A stretch of 38,603 nucleotides of DNA from Macrostomum lignano (Eukaryota), in the NCBI GenBank assembly GCA_002269645.1, contig NIVC01002027.1, positions 1-38,603 on the forward strand, given 5' to 3'. A program made the position numbers and the translations under genes. This document shows, piece after piece, positions 1 to 24,623 of this stretch. Positions within the stretch are counted from its first letter, which is position 1. Every line of letters starts with the position of its first letter. Below the pieces are notes generated by a model that worked only from the letters and a program-made list of their open reading frames with translations, had not been told where the DNA came from and searched no databases.

Positions 1-852
<852 letters not shown>

Positions 853-1361
853 GGCTATTTGCACTTTTTAGGTTACAAAACTCTGGCTCAGCTGCTTAGT
901 GATTCTCAAGATCTCTTCTGTCCAAGAACTCTTTCTTGCAGTGGAAGAGGCTGCATGAAATGCGCTCGTATCGCACCTGCAGGCTGCAGCCAGATCCAGA
1001 TACTTCAATTCTCACCCCTCTTCGTCCTCTCGTGCCGATCCAATTTCTCTCCCCTCAGCTCCTCGCAGAATAGCAAGAGAAGGGTTGGCAATCATACTTT
1101 TCTTTTTCTTTTTTTTGCTGCTTTTGCAAAAGCAGCCTTTTGCAGACGCAACACAGGCTGCTTATCTTTCTGTTCTGCTGATCTAGATGAACTGCGTTTT
1201 TTTGTGGGGAATTTCTATGGGACTCACGAGCAGAATATCAATTGTATGTAGATAAGGATTAGATTGGGAACAGCTGATTGAAGACTCAGCTTCTCCCAGA
1301 TTTGTGTTTTCTTCAGGATTATTGAAAACTTTTGATTACCCAGTAATATTTGAGGATTTCC

Positions 1362-1680
1362 GAGCAGAGTCAGCTTCAGTCACAATGGAGTAGAAGTTCA
1401 GACAATGAGTGACAATAGAGTGAAAATCAGACAGTTGAGTGACAATGGAGTGAAAATGCAGACAATTGAGTGACAATGGAATAGAAGTTCAGACAATGAG
1501 TGACAATAGAGTGAAAATCAGACAGTTGAGTGACAATGGAGTGAAAATGCAGACAATTGAATGACAATGGAGTGAAAATGCAGCCGATTGGGTCACAATG
1601 AAGGGAAAATGCAGACAATTGAATGACAATGGAGTGAAAATGCAATCGATTGAGTCAAAATGAAGGAAAATGCAGACGAT
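1362..1680. repeat. Degenerate ~30-bp minisatellite with a ~91-bp higher-order period
   Basis: Unit CAGACAATTGAGTGACAATGGAGTGAAAATG; the AGAAGTTCAG variant recurs at 1392 and 1483. Confidence 0.9.
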
Positions 1681-1800
1681 TGATTAAAAATCAGCCTTAA
1701 ACGGTGCTAAGGAGTACTAAGAGGGTTTTATTCACTTGTTATTTCTACTGTTGCTACGGGAACAACCTAAATAAAAACAACCTCACTCCACCATCTAAAG

Positions 1801-12453
<10,653 letters not shown>

Positions 12454-13553
12454 TCTTCAGGCTCAATTACGAGAGATTCGTAGATCTACGGCAATCATAT
12501 TCTCCACTCACTGAATTAGCCTACATGTACAGTGCCTCTATAGCAATACGGTGCACATTAACTTCGAAAACTGAAAATTCATTACTGCAAAACACTAAGG
12601 AAAGAATAGTAACTAGCGAATTTTCTTTATCCCACATGCCATCATTGTGTGCGGAAGTGTGTCACAGCCAGACGAATGTAAATAGCAGTGCATACAACGT
12701 ACACTTGCTGTGCTGTACATACATGTGCATATTAATTTCAATATTAGTCTATTCAAATACAATTTACGAGTTGTTTATTCTGATTGGATCATAACATAAA
12801 ATGTTATGATAACGTGGCTTAAAGTTTTACGTGATTTGAAATTGTCATGGTGGTGAGGAAATGCGTCTAAATTTTTACCTATATAGTATGTCACTTTGTC
12901 AATCTGCGACTGCAGCTTCGGGTTACACCGAATTCGTCAACATTTCGCACCCCAGAAGGTTCAAATAGGTTCGAACTAATATGCCGCACACATTTACCCT
13001 GCTCCTTTTAAAAATCCACAGTTTGCGTTCAGGGACAACTAAAAAAGACAACTAGAAGACGGCCTTTTCTAGTCCCTGTACGTTACATTGCATTCAATTT
13101 GTGTTCAGCAGTACGATCGCATGTAAATATTTTACTTTCCGTTTAGCGGACGTATAATTATAGGCTCTTTCCTTTACTTGCTTATCCATGTGAATCTACA
13201 GTACACATAACTATAGCATGTACATCTTATGTACAAATTTCTGACGTGCAAATACATCAATTGCGAATGTAATCTTGTCGAATTTAGTTAAAGCATATAA
13301 TTCCAACTTTAAATTAATTTTTTTAAAGCTTCAACTGTCCCCAATGCATTAGGCTATGATGCTACCATTTATAACATTGTAGTTTGTTTCACCAGTAATA
13401 AAAAAGTTTTTAAAAATTTTTAACCTGTTAAATCTACTATTTTTACTCGTATGACCGGTTTTTCAGTTCCAGTTCCCGATAAGATAAAAATAACAAAAAG
13501 ATCGATTTAGCAGAAAACACTTGAATGTAAAACGATTTATAGTCGAAACTCAA

Positions 13554-13857
13554 ATTTACCATCTGAAATCTGTGTTTATATAAAAAAATCAGCTTCACAG
13601 ACCTTACTGTTGCTTCAGTGCAGGCCTCCAATCTTGCATAGCGTGATGTTGAAACGTCAGTAACTGCAGAATTTCGCAAACATGCCAAATCATTCTACCC
13701 ATAGAACTACGAAATACCCAACAACAACTGATAACCAATTTTATTTTTGCAATTTACCATCTGAAATCTGTGTATATGTAAAAAATCAGCTTCACAGACC
13801 TTACTGTTGCTTCAGTGCAGGTCTCCAATCTTGCATAGCGTGATGTTGAAACGTCAG
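13554..13857. repeat. Two ~107-bp direct repeats (13554-13660 and 13751-13857)
   Basis: AATTTACCATCTGAAATCTGTGT...TGATGTTGAAACGTCAG present twice with few differences. Confidence 0.9.
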
Positions 13858-13934
13858 AAATGTACGATTTCGTAACTAAGGGTTTGTAACTTTGAATTTG
13901 TAAAATAACCAGCTTATACTCGTAGGTAATTATA

Positions 13935-15410
13935 GAACAACAGCAACAAAAAATACGCAGTCGCCCCAGTAGTCAGTGGAGGGAGCGTCAGATGACATGT
14001 CGAAGCGCCAGCAGGCGAATAATCAATTGTCCGGCCCATTGATCGACAGTGTCGGGCGCCCCAACGTTGCTCAGGATGCAGTCCACGTATCTCTGTGTCC
14101 TCGGTCGCTTGAGCCCGCCTGAACTGTTCTAGCAAAGTGAGCGGCAGGATGTCCTGGACAGGCTAGGGCAATAGCCCGGATCACGTAGCGCCTGTCAGTT
14201 GGAGTCGCCGTCTCGCTGCAGGATGGTACATCCTTGAACAGGACGCTTTTGTCAGCCTGAACGCATGGAGCAGCCCCGCGGGCCGAGTGATCAAATTGTT
14301 TAGCTGTTGCTCCAGCGTGACCGCTAACATCGGGACGCTAGAATTCGCGCGACTGGATTTCGCGCGATCTGGCATTCGAGCGACTGCATTTGCGTGACTG
14401 GAAATCGCACGACCTGGAATTGAAGCGCGCGACTTCTTTCTAGCGACTGGATTTCACACGACTGGATTTAAATCCAGTCGATCGAAATCCGGTTGCGCGA
14501 AATTCAGTCGCGCGAAATCCAGTCGCACGAAATTCTACGTCGCGCGAAATCTAGTCGCTGGAAGTAAGTCGCGAGAAATGATGCAGTCGAATTCAATTTC
14601 AAGTCGCCTAAAATCATCCGATTCGTGCAAAATCCTGTGCGCAGAAGACAATTAGCGCAAAATCCAGTAGCGCGAATTCTAGCGTCCCTTGAACATCCAC
14701 GTCTCTGCAGCGTTGTCTAGCAACACGGTCTCAACAGCCGAGCCCTCTGACGATCGGGCAGCGCTTTGGACTGAAGGATGGCGCGAATCGACCGGTAGGC
14801 CGTCCAGGCAAGTCCTCTCGATCTAGATCTGCGTCGCCGAATTTCGTCCTCAACGTTGGGCACCAGACCGTCGAGGTGAACCGCTGACAGCGCGCGAGGT
14901 TGGTCGTCTGCCCGTCTGCGCCGCGGCATTACGCTGTGGTGACGGCAGACGGCTTGTCTGACCTGTCTGAAACTTCGTTTAGGAGTGCTACACAGAGCGA
15001 CACATTCTAGCACCGTTCCTCTTCGTGCTGCTCCTGGCATGGATTGTGCAGCTTCGGAACGGACCCCCTTCAGCAGGCGACGGCTTCCTGCTGCGCAGAC
15101 ACATCGGTCGCCGCCACAACGAGAAGCGCCTGAGCGGTTCTGGGCTACGCCGACGACCTCACACTCCTGTCCTCAACTGTTGATGGCGCACAGCGCTAGA
15201 TTAAGGTTGGCGATCGAGGTGGCATCAAAGCGTCGGCCTATTTGTCGACACGCTGAAAAACTGAGGCGCTGGCATGACCAGCGAGCCGATATACCAGCGG
15301 AGCTGACATATCACCATACAGCGATATGATGGTGTCAACTAGCTGCTGGGGACTCGACAGGTTCGTAGGACAAAAGAAAGTGTTACTCTTAGCACTGAAT
15401 CAAATGCCAT
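13935..15410 (-). mobile_element. Decayed non-LTR retrotransposon (LINE, RTE/RTEX-like) RT fragment with an inverted core
   Basis: Minus strand AFDSV..VLRTCRVPQQLVDTIISLYGD (15405-15310); plus strand degenerate GVLQGDTLAPFLFVLL and LGYADDLTLLSS (14928-15309); minus strand CRGADGQ..GLVPNVED..RRRR..GLAW..ETW (14927 downward). Many stops and frameshifts. Clade is from memory. Confidence 0.88.
14332..14688. mobile_element. 357-bp foldback MITE inserted in the LINE
   Basis: ~35-bp TIRs GGGACGCTAGAATTCGCGC.ACTGGATTT; repeated internal CGCGACTGGATTT/AAATCCAGTCGCG; flanks share AACATC (imperfect 9-bp TSD). Confidence 0.85.
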
Positions 15411-15444
15411 AATAATTAAAAACCCTAAAAAATGCCGAGTAAAC

Positions 15445-15480
15445 GCCGAGACCTTTCACAGAGTTGTGAAAGGTCTTGGC
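15445..15480. other. Strong hairpin, 12-bp perfect stem with 4-nt loop
   Basis: AGACCTTTCACA-GAGT-TGTGAAAGGTCT; possibly a Helitron/Helentron-type terminal hairpin. Confidence 0.5.
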
Positions 15481-18400
15481 CCCTCGGAGTTGTAACTCCT
15501 TTAATTTCCTAGTTTTCTGAGGTTCATGCTGGCGCGTACAGACTCAATTCAGTCCCCCCTGGTCTGAGTGAAAGCTATGAAAAAGCGAACAAAATGAGTG
15601 TCTGTTTGGCAATAAAATTGAGTGTTAAAAACACCGATATAAAAAATAATGTAGGAATTTCGTCACTTAGAATTCTTGACTTTGTCCCCCACCATAAAAT
15701 CCATAGCGACGCGCTCACGCCCCTGATCACATGCAAGTTAAGAATTACATCTAATTGTGCAAAATATTTACATGTTTAATATTTGATCAATTAGATTTGT
15801 AAGGTCTGTAGAGAAATTACAATTAATTAATTCAAGGTGCACTATTGGATTAAATTACGTATTGTCTGTATTAAGTTATTGATAGAATTTTTACGACAAT
15901 TACATGCATTCTTCTGGAGAAGTAACATCATAATCTTATAAATTACATGTATCCTATCTTATATTTTTATCTCAATATTTTTATTTCACATGTAATATTC
16001 AAAACCCATGTTTTATAAGGACCTTTAACTTTTACAAATTTTTAGCGTCAATTGAAACCATTATTTGAATTGCTATTAGTTAATTTATTAATTTACCACA
16101 ATATTTTTGAGTTCAAAGTAATTGTAGTTAACTTAATTGTAGTTAACTACTGTCTTTATCAAGTGTAAAAAGAACGAAACATTTTTTATAATTGTCTACT
16201 AGTTTCTTTGTTTATTCATTCCACTTATTAATTTTTTATTTTTATCATATTTAGAAGAGTTCTTACTTCATTTTGTTATCGTCACATTATCACATACAAC
16301 GATAATGATAGATCGAGTTGACTCCGAGATCGAACCGTGGTTTTTTGAATATTCGCCTCTATAATAGTACTTGTTTCTACCAAAAAAATATAAATAAAAT
16401 AAGAAAACGTTTGAATAATATTGTATTTTATTCATTTTTTAAAACATTAATGTCAACTTCATTCATAAAGCAGTAAACATTTGTTTTAATATGCGTTGTA
16501 ACATATTCCGTTACGGCGGGATTTTAAAGTACGATTTGGGAACTGGAACTGAAAAACCGGTCATTTGGGTCGTTCTCAAAGCTAGGTCACAACTTTTTGT
16601 TATTGCAAAAAAAGTTTATACATCGACCAATAATCGTACAAAAAAAATTATTTCGACAATTTCTGTAAGAAGCTGCTACTAAAACCACAAGAAAACTTGA
16701 AATTGAGAAGAAATCAAGGCTATTTGTTATTCTTTGTTGCGGAAAATAAACGACAAAAATATTAAAGAGAAAATAAAATTTTCTTCTATTTTTATTTTAA
16801 ATATGCAGTTAAATTTCTTTTGCAAAAATAAAAGAACAAGAAATTGACAAAGGAAATGTTTTTGAGCACAGCATTTTGTTACTCTGCTCTAAATCCCAGA
16901 CATTTAAAATTATCGTGTGCGAAAAATTGCGAAATTATTATAGCATGCACTCGAAAGGACTTCGATCAGTTTAACTAATCACTGAATTAAGAAGTCTAAA
17001 TAAGTCTTGAAAAGTTGAATTAAAAATCAAGTTTTCACTATGTATCTTTTCAAAGTCAAGATGATTCGACAAATAAAGAATGTTCATTTTTACGGTGAAT
17101 AGAATTGTTCATTTTTACATTAAATATAATAAAATCTAACTAATAATAGAAAAAGTCAGGGAACTATCCTTGAACACCAAAAAGCACATTGTGGATTTAA
17201 TATCAACTGCATGTTCCTTAATAAAGGAATTCGGATTCTAGTATATATTTGATTATTTGTAGCATAATTTCTGAAAACTATAACTTGCTTGATTTTACTT
17301 TAAGTACTTATTACATTAATACTTATACCAAAGCTGCATGTACTTAAAATAAAAAATTATAGTTACTTATTAGACATTTTACTCCAATTAACTTAAAATA
17401 ATTCAAATTTATTTTAATCAATTCATTTTTTGAAACTTTTTGGAAAATAGACAAAATTGAATTATTTAATTACCAAAAACCTACTAGCTTAACTAAAATA
17501 GCAGTTAGTCTTTAAAAAAAGATTTCACTTGTTAATTGAGAAAAATGAGGGTGTGCGAGGTGTAAAAATGCGAAAGAGCATGCAGGAAACAGAGATAAAC
17601 AAAAATGTAGGTAAAAGACACTGCACATGCACATAATATGATAACCAGACATAATGCGCACACTGAAACACCAGTAGCAATGACGCCCAAGCTTTTGATG
17701 ATCACAAGCGAAAAGGCAAAACCCAGCCATCAATCAAAGAAGTAGACTATAGCACGCATCTTGAGTGCATCACGCATTTTTTGCAGAGAAGCTCGAAAAT
17801 TAACATTGTATTCTGTGCACAACCACCAACTGCGACAGGGTCTGCCGGGGGATTTGTGGGCACGCGGTCGCGGATACAAATCGGAGGAGTCGCTGACCAT
17901 TCTGAAATTACTAGCTAGTACATGTAATTTTGTGTATTAATATATTTAGCCCGCTTTATTTCTATGCTCTCGTCCGCCTCTCGTTAATGCATCCCCAGAC
18001 TCATGGAATAATCAAACTTATGATCGAACTATGCATGGCTTCCGTCCCTCGCTTTGAATCTCTCACCTCCCCATAGTTCCATCAACCTTACCGTAGTGGC
18101 TTCCTATGCAAAAATCATCCCTCCGCATCTTACACAGGCTACTTCAGGCTGTAGACTGTACTACACTATTAATTAGTTGCGCTAAGGAATCTACATGTAT
18201 TTTGCTCGCAGCGCAACGCGCTGCTCAAAGAAGTTTAGATCTATCTAGATATTCTAGTAATTTCAGGTTTGTCCATAGACTAGAGCTCATGAGATGAGAA
18301 TTCCATTAACTAGTACATTTAATATGAATGAACTGCGTGTGTGTGTGCTGTGCATACATATGTATAATATACGAGTAGTTTATGGGCCAAATTATTGTGT

Positions 18401-21304
18401 GGCACAATTCTTGGCATCACTCAGCAGGCACAAGATGCAGTTAAGCAGCGCACGAAAATTCTACAAAAGAAATTGAGCCTGGTTGAGGTGATGCGAGGAG
18501 GCAGATCCACACAATCTCAGTGAATACACCAGACTGCACCAGATACGAGTCCAGTCGAATGTGCGCACTGGTCTAAGCAGCACACGCATGTCCTTCTGAC
18601 AATGACGGCACCTAGCTTCGTCCAAGCCTTTGCCAGCGTCACTGACAGCGTCAATACTACCATGCAGTGCCACCTGCAGCACCGACAACGGCAATTCCTC
18701 CAGTTAGCCCACAACAGTGGCTAAACTGAGGGACATGGAACCTACCCGCAGAAGACACACACATACACACACAGCACCGGCAGCAGCACTCTGACAGCAT
18801 AACCTAAAGCTCCATGAGCTCAGTTTTCAAGCATTGAAGAAGCAGAAGCAGTCATCTTGAATCCAGGGATCAGGAAGAGTGTTGCATGTCCGACATGTGC
18901 TGTTTCCGTGGCAAAAGGTGATGGAGCAAATTAATCAACACTTACTATCTAGCTCGTATTAAGACTAAAAAACTGAGGCAAGCTGGGATTAAACCAAAGA
19001 AAATTTTTTACTATACTTTTTTACCATGTACTTTTACTATACTTCTATAGTATAGTAGAGAGGTACTCTATTTAAATGCAGTAAGAAGTGAAACAAATTT
19101 ATATATTTAATTATTAAAATTAAATTAATTCAAGGTAAATAACTAATTTAACCAATTTATTAGAAGTATTTAATATTTTAATAAATTGATTTTTATACCT
19201 TACACGAAATAAGCTCTACATTCATTTCTTAGCTTGGGGCCCATCTGTATAAGGTCAGTTTCTTCAAAATGCTGATTAATTAATTAAGGCCTGTTGTCTT
19301 TACTTAAATTTATAAGGGCATCTTAGAAGTTAATATTACTATATAATACATGTATAATATTATTACTATATTATAATAATATAGTTGCAATTTTAATGAC
19401 TATTGAATAAGTCTAAATGCTTCCCCTATTGACTCTAAATATATGGTATCTTTACCTTCAGAAAAAATTAGCATAGAATGACTTGATGAAAACAAAAAAA
19501 ATCATTTCGAGATACACATTTGCTGATCATTCAGGTCAAATTTCAAGGTCCAGTTTTGCACATGTTTCTCTGTAGCTTGGTTACAAGGATTTTAATAAAA
19601 ATATAATAAATATGTCCAATGTACTAACTGATACATAGCCAAATTGAAGTATTTTCAAAAACAAAAAAAATAATTTGCTCAGTTTACTTTACTGGATATC
19701 TGTGTAAAATTTCAGCTCAAAAGGTGCTCCATGGAGAATGCTAGTGTGGTTACAGGATATTTATTTTGTGCTTCAAAGTAGGAGTTTATTGCGATGCATG
19801 GTTGCTTTTAATTATTTTTATCAACAATAGTGCTCTATTTCATAACAATTTTTTACAAAAAGATAAAAAGACATGTTTTTCTAATTATCTGCATCAAAAT
19901 GTATCATTTTAAGCGCACATTCTAGACGTCAGCTGAAAAAATACATTTTGTGAGACGCAAAGAGGCTATCCCACCGGAAATGCTAGGCGTACAGTTAAGC
20001 GTCTATAAAATCATTTATAGTGCAGTTTATTGAGCTTTAAAAAAATCTTAAATTAAATTTATATAAGCTTTAATTTTAAATGTAATATAGCAAGGTTTCA
20101 ACACAACAACAACTTTTTTTTTAGCTACAGACATCTTGTAGTACCAAAAATTAACATCGGTGAAATGATTGAATTTGAATTTTTTCATCGCTAATTATCG
20201 CTTAATACCGCCAGATGATTAAAAAACACTTTTGCATGATAAAGTTTAACCCAAAAATTATCTTTATTCACAGATAAAAGTGTCCTATTATTTTCAATAT
20301 GGCAGTAACAATAGTAAATGTTCGGAAAATTGTTAAAATTTTTGCTCCTCCTAGAATTTGCGAACGACCCATTTACTCGTATAGTCGGTAGTCGGTGCAA
20401 ATGCAAAACTGGATGTATCTGGTATATAGTATTTATTATTATTATTATTATGTGCTATTAGCTGATCCGATTTTTTCGGTGCAGAGGGTACAGTGTGTAG
20501 ATTCGGTGAGCCATCTATTGTTGCAGGCAGGCAGGTAGGCAGCGAAAAGGCTTTTTTTCTCTCGCAGACGGTGCGTCATCCTGACTAGGCCTAGGCCTAT
20601 GGTTTGTAAGAGCGCTGAATGCTATTACAACCTTTTTGTAATAAATTCTATTTGTATTATAGGATGTATCCTAGTACACATAATATGTACATAGCATCGA
20701 TTGCCCAATTCATTAGATTTGAGTTGTGTATGCACAATAGCATTTAGAATGAGCACTCATGAAGTCTTGTTGAAGTCTTTGGCAATATTTTGCTCATTGA
20801 ATTACAAAAATTTGTTGTTGACAAATTCGCTCACCTTGTTTTAACTGTTGACAAATTTGATTTCCTTCAATTTATTAAATTTTAGGTCTGTTGACAAATT
20901 AGATGTTGACAAATTTGGCAATCTTCTCGAATCGTTCGTTTAATTATTTCCGGAATTATTTTGCCCTCTATTCAAGGGTGGTGGGGGGTGGGGGTTGGAA
21001 TTAAACGAACGATTCAAGAAGATAGCCACAAATTCAGTATAACCCTGCAACAAGATGTCAAATGGGCTATTCCATTTTTGCAACTTTACTAAGAAGTAAA
21101 AGAAAGTAAAAATTCTTATCTTCGCCCAACAATCTAGATCTAAAAATGGAAAATTGCATAAAAATGCATTAGAAATCATATTATAACAGATATGAGACAT
21201 TTCATAAGGCCTATCCATTTTAAAATTAGAAACTGTTTCTAATTAAATGTTTAGTTTGAAAACTATTAGAATAAGGCAAACAGTTAACTTAGGAAAATAA
21301 AATA

Positions 21305-21385
21305 GGCAGTGCTTATCCCCACCCCACGGTACCGTTGGAATAAGACAAAAATTATTCCTATGGTACCGTGGGGATAAGCACTGCC
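21305..21385. mobile_element. 81-bp palindromic mini-MITE
   Basis: TIR GGCAGTGCTTATCCCCAC / GTGGGGATAAGCACTGCC, flanked by AATA on both sides. Confidence 0.7.
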
Positions 21386-23536
21386 AATAAGGCAAAAAGG
21401 TATTAACCTTTGCTTTTTTTCTAGTAAAATGTGCTTTTAAAAGACCTCCAACTACCTTCCTAGATCCTCAATTTGATGAGGATTGCAACTAGGCCCTATC
21501 CTTAGTTTTTGATATTTAAATAATCTAGAATTTTATATATTTTTTTCTAAAGTAAAATAAACTTGCAAAATTAATTGAAAAGTGCACCTATAAGTAATTG
21601 TTCATAGTCTACAAAGCCTTAAAGCCTATCTGGTCTTAGAGTCCTTTGAAATTTCACAATAGGCCCTAGCAATATAGCTAAGTCAAGGCTTATGTCTCTT
21701 TTCAGCTCCCTTCTTTCTAATCCCTTTTCCTCTCCTTTACTTTCTTATTTTCTTTTTTTTCTCTCTTTCTCCTATCTTCTTTTCTTTCCTCATTTTTGTT
21801 GCCTCTTTTTCTGCTATCTCTCTTCTTTGTCTCTATTCCTTCTTCTCTCTTCCCTTTTCTAGACCATTGTCATACTTTAGTTTTTCTATTCGGAACTTAA
21901 ATAAAAACTTTGACAATCCCTGATTTAAAATATGATCTTTATGCTAAGATTCCTTAATTTAGTATTCTAGCTATTCATCTTTTTTGATATATGCGTATTC
22001 CCATATTATAGGTTGGTATAGGCCTAATATCAGCTATATAGATGAAAGCTAATAGGGTTGGCATGCTTGGCATAATGTTATAATAGGCACTTCAGTGAGA
22101 AAATTAAATTTCAGAAATTGTTATAGGCTGCTATTTCACTAGATAGATCTTACTTTCCCATTTCCAAAATGGCCAAACTTTAGTGATTTGGTTGAGTAAT
22201 AAGGAAACTACAGCTATTTTAGTAACCCCGATTTGTGCCTTTAGCCAATGGAATTTTTACATTACGGTTTGTGATCATTTTTGGCCAAAAAGTTGGCTTT
22301 TTGTCTTTGAACACTTGTAATTAATTTTCTAGCCAACCAAAATGACTGTGCTTGGTGTCATTTTGTTCAGTTTTTTAGTGTTAATTGTATGAATTATATA
22401 TTTTAATATTATTTTATATGCCCAAGTTGCTAAGCTAATTGAAACAGGATGGGTGTATGAAATTTTGACTATTTTAACCAGATACGCAATGATTGCAATT
22501 TTAAAAATACAATAGCATCTGTTCTGCTTGCTTAATTTATACAAGGCTAGTGTCATTTTGTTCAGGTTTTTACCTATTATAATACTATTCTACTTCTTGC
22601 CCTAAATTTTTAATGCATGACAGACACCCCAACTGCAATGTAATGTGCTGTACAGGCTTTGCGCATGGGTTTATTAAAAAATGGTTTTGCCTATCGTGTT
22701 CAGCATAGCAGAATTAGTTAAATGACACAGAGAACTAGTTTGCCGGAAGGCAGAGTCTCACAAAAAACACGAAATACACGTTTCAATGGGTATTTTACAT
22801 GTAAACGTATCAAAAAAAGAAACCTCCACAAAATTTTTGCGCCTATAGCTATTGGCAAGCGGTTTTTTTTACTGTGCTTGTATTGTCAATAGGTAATGAA
22901 AAATATAAAGAGAAACAATGCAGGAAAAGGATTTCATGGAAAATTTTGGATTTGAAATTTTGCATAGAGCCATATGGGCATTAAAAGAAAAAAAAAATTT
23001 TTTTTAACACCAGAAAAATGTTTCTAAATTATCCCTTTACACTATAAAACCTTTGTTTCCATTATAAGAAACACATTGCAGCTAAGAAAAAGCATTTTCT
23101 GAACCACTGTTTTTTTATTCATTTTGGCTTCAATTTTATATTCCTCCTAAAAATGGTCAACTTTAAAAATAGACAGTGCAAAAAGTATAACAAAGCTAGA
23201 CTTGCAGTTGGTGTCATTTGAAAGAGCTCCTTTTTACCTTTTAAATGCATATTTTACTTTCATCCTGGCTTCTATAGTTTCTTTAAAATCGCCCTTGAAA
23301 AATTGGACTTTTTTCTTACTTTTTTGCCATTGGCACGCACTTCTTATAACTCACTGAAGTCCCTAGTTATAAGAATTTGAACATTTTGATCAAATATAAT
23401 TATATACTAGCAGTCAACCTAATGTACTTGAAGAATATAGCTATAAGTTAGACATTTGGTTATAATAAATAATTGTCATTGAAGGATAGGTTGGTTTTGG
23501 GTTAATCACTAAATTATTAGCATATAATATTATATA

Positions 23537-23570
23537 CAAGGGCTGTCCAAAAAGTAGTTATACTTTTCAC
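23537..23570. mobile_element. Orphan Tc1/mariner-like terminus
   Basis: TA-CAAGGGCTGTCCAAAAAGTAG resembles the TIR start of the MITE at 23770; no partner end found. Confidence 0.35.
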
Positions 23571-23769
23571 TATATCTCTTGTTCTGCTGATCTAAAAGAC
23601 ATCATTTTGCACAGATTTATGGTGGCAACTCTCTTCTTTATGTTAACTTTAACATCATTAAAAACAGACAATTGAAACAAAAGTTATAAACTAAAATGTA
23701 GTAGGACCTCGACAATAGACTTACAGTAAGTAAGCAACTGGCCACAGTGAATGCTGCAAAATGCTTATA

Positions 23770-24623
23770 CGAGGGGCGTCTGGAAAGTAGTGTTACTTTT
23801 GCTTGGTGTGGACGTATGGACAGTCACACTTGCATGTGCTTGGTGTCATTTGAAAGCGGCAGGTCTCTTCTTTAAAATGACACCAATTGCGGGAGATTTG
23901 GATCTGTGCTTCAAGAGATATGGACGATTAAGTAGAGAAAGGTCAGTCATAGACTTACAGAACCTCAAAAATGTCAACAGAAAACTTTTACGAGCTTATC
24001 GATTTTTTCGTAATCATGGGCTGTCTATGGCCAAATGTGATGCAGTGAATGAGAGGGGCTGTCTCATAAAACTATGAGACTTGTAAAACTGCTTCTGCTG
24101 CGCCTGCAAAGTTTATTGACATTCAATTTTCAATTGTGAACTGCAAATGGATGTGCATTCAAAGACTGGGCAGCGACATGCCATCTTTACACTTGGGAGC
24201 TCCGGAACCAAATCGGCTGACATCCACAGGCAACTTTGCACAGCTCATGGCGACCATGCTGTCAGCAAGATGACAAGTCTGCCAACCGATTAATGATTTT
24301 AATGTTGTTTGCTTGTGTGATAATTTGCTTGTTATCTGTTTCACCTGCTTCTGTACTGTACTGTTGTGTTTTTTGTTTTTTCTGGAGTGATTATGCTCGT
24401 GATAAAAGTTTTCTGTTGACATTTTTGAGGTTCTGTAAGTCTATGACTGACCTTTCTCTACTTAATCGTCCATATCTCTTGAAGCACAGATCCAAATCTC
24501 TTGCAATTGGTGTCATTTTAAAGAAGAGACTTTCCGCTTTCAAATGACACCAAGCACATGCAAGTGTGACTGTCCATATGTCCACACCAAGCAAAAGTAA
24601 CACTACTTTCCGGACGCCCCTCG
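23770..24623. mobile_element. Non-autonomous Tc1/mariner-type element (854 bp) with ~225-bp TIRs
   Basis: TA|CGAGGGGCGTC...GACGCCCCTCG|TA; about 6 mismatches over ~220 bp by eye; mirror ORFs 23751+ and 24711- confirm the inverted repeat. Confidence 0.93.

Noticed and set aside
859-1251. ORF 859-1251 as the first anoctamin exon (ATG near 955, possible phase-0 donor at 1084)
   Set aside because: Phase fits exon 1801, but there is no recognisable similarity, several frames look equally plausible and the sequence has indel noise. Needs RNA evidence.
14928-15410. L1-type twin-priming 5' inversion
   Set aside because: Element sequence in the original orientation continues beyond the inverted segment (AFDSV...LYGD), which twin priming does not produce.
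17510-17800. Cys/His-containing frames as a piggyBac C-terminal domain
   Set aside because: Multiple stops and no convincing spacing of ligands.
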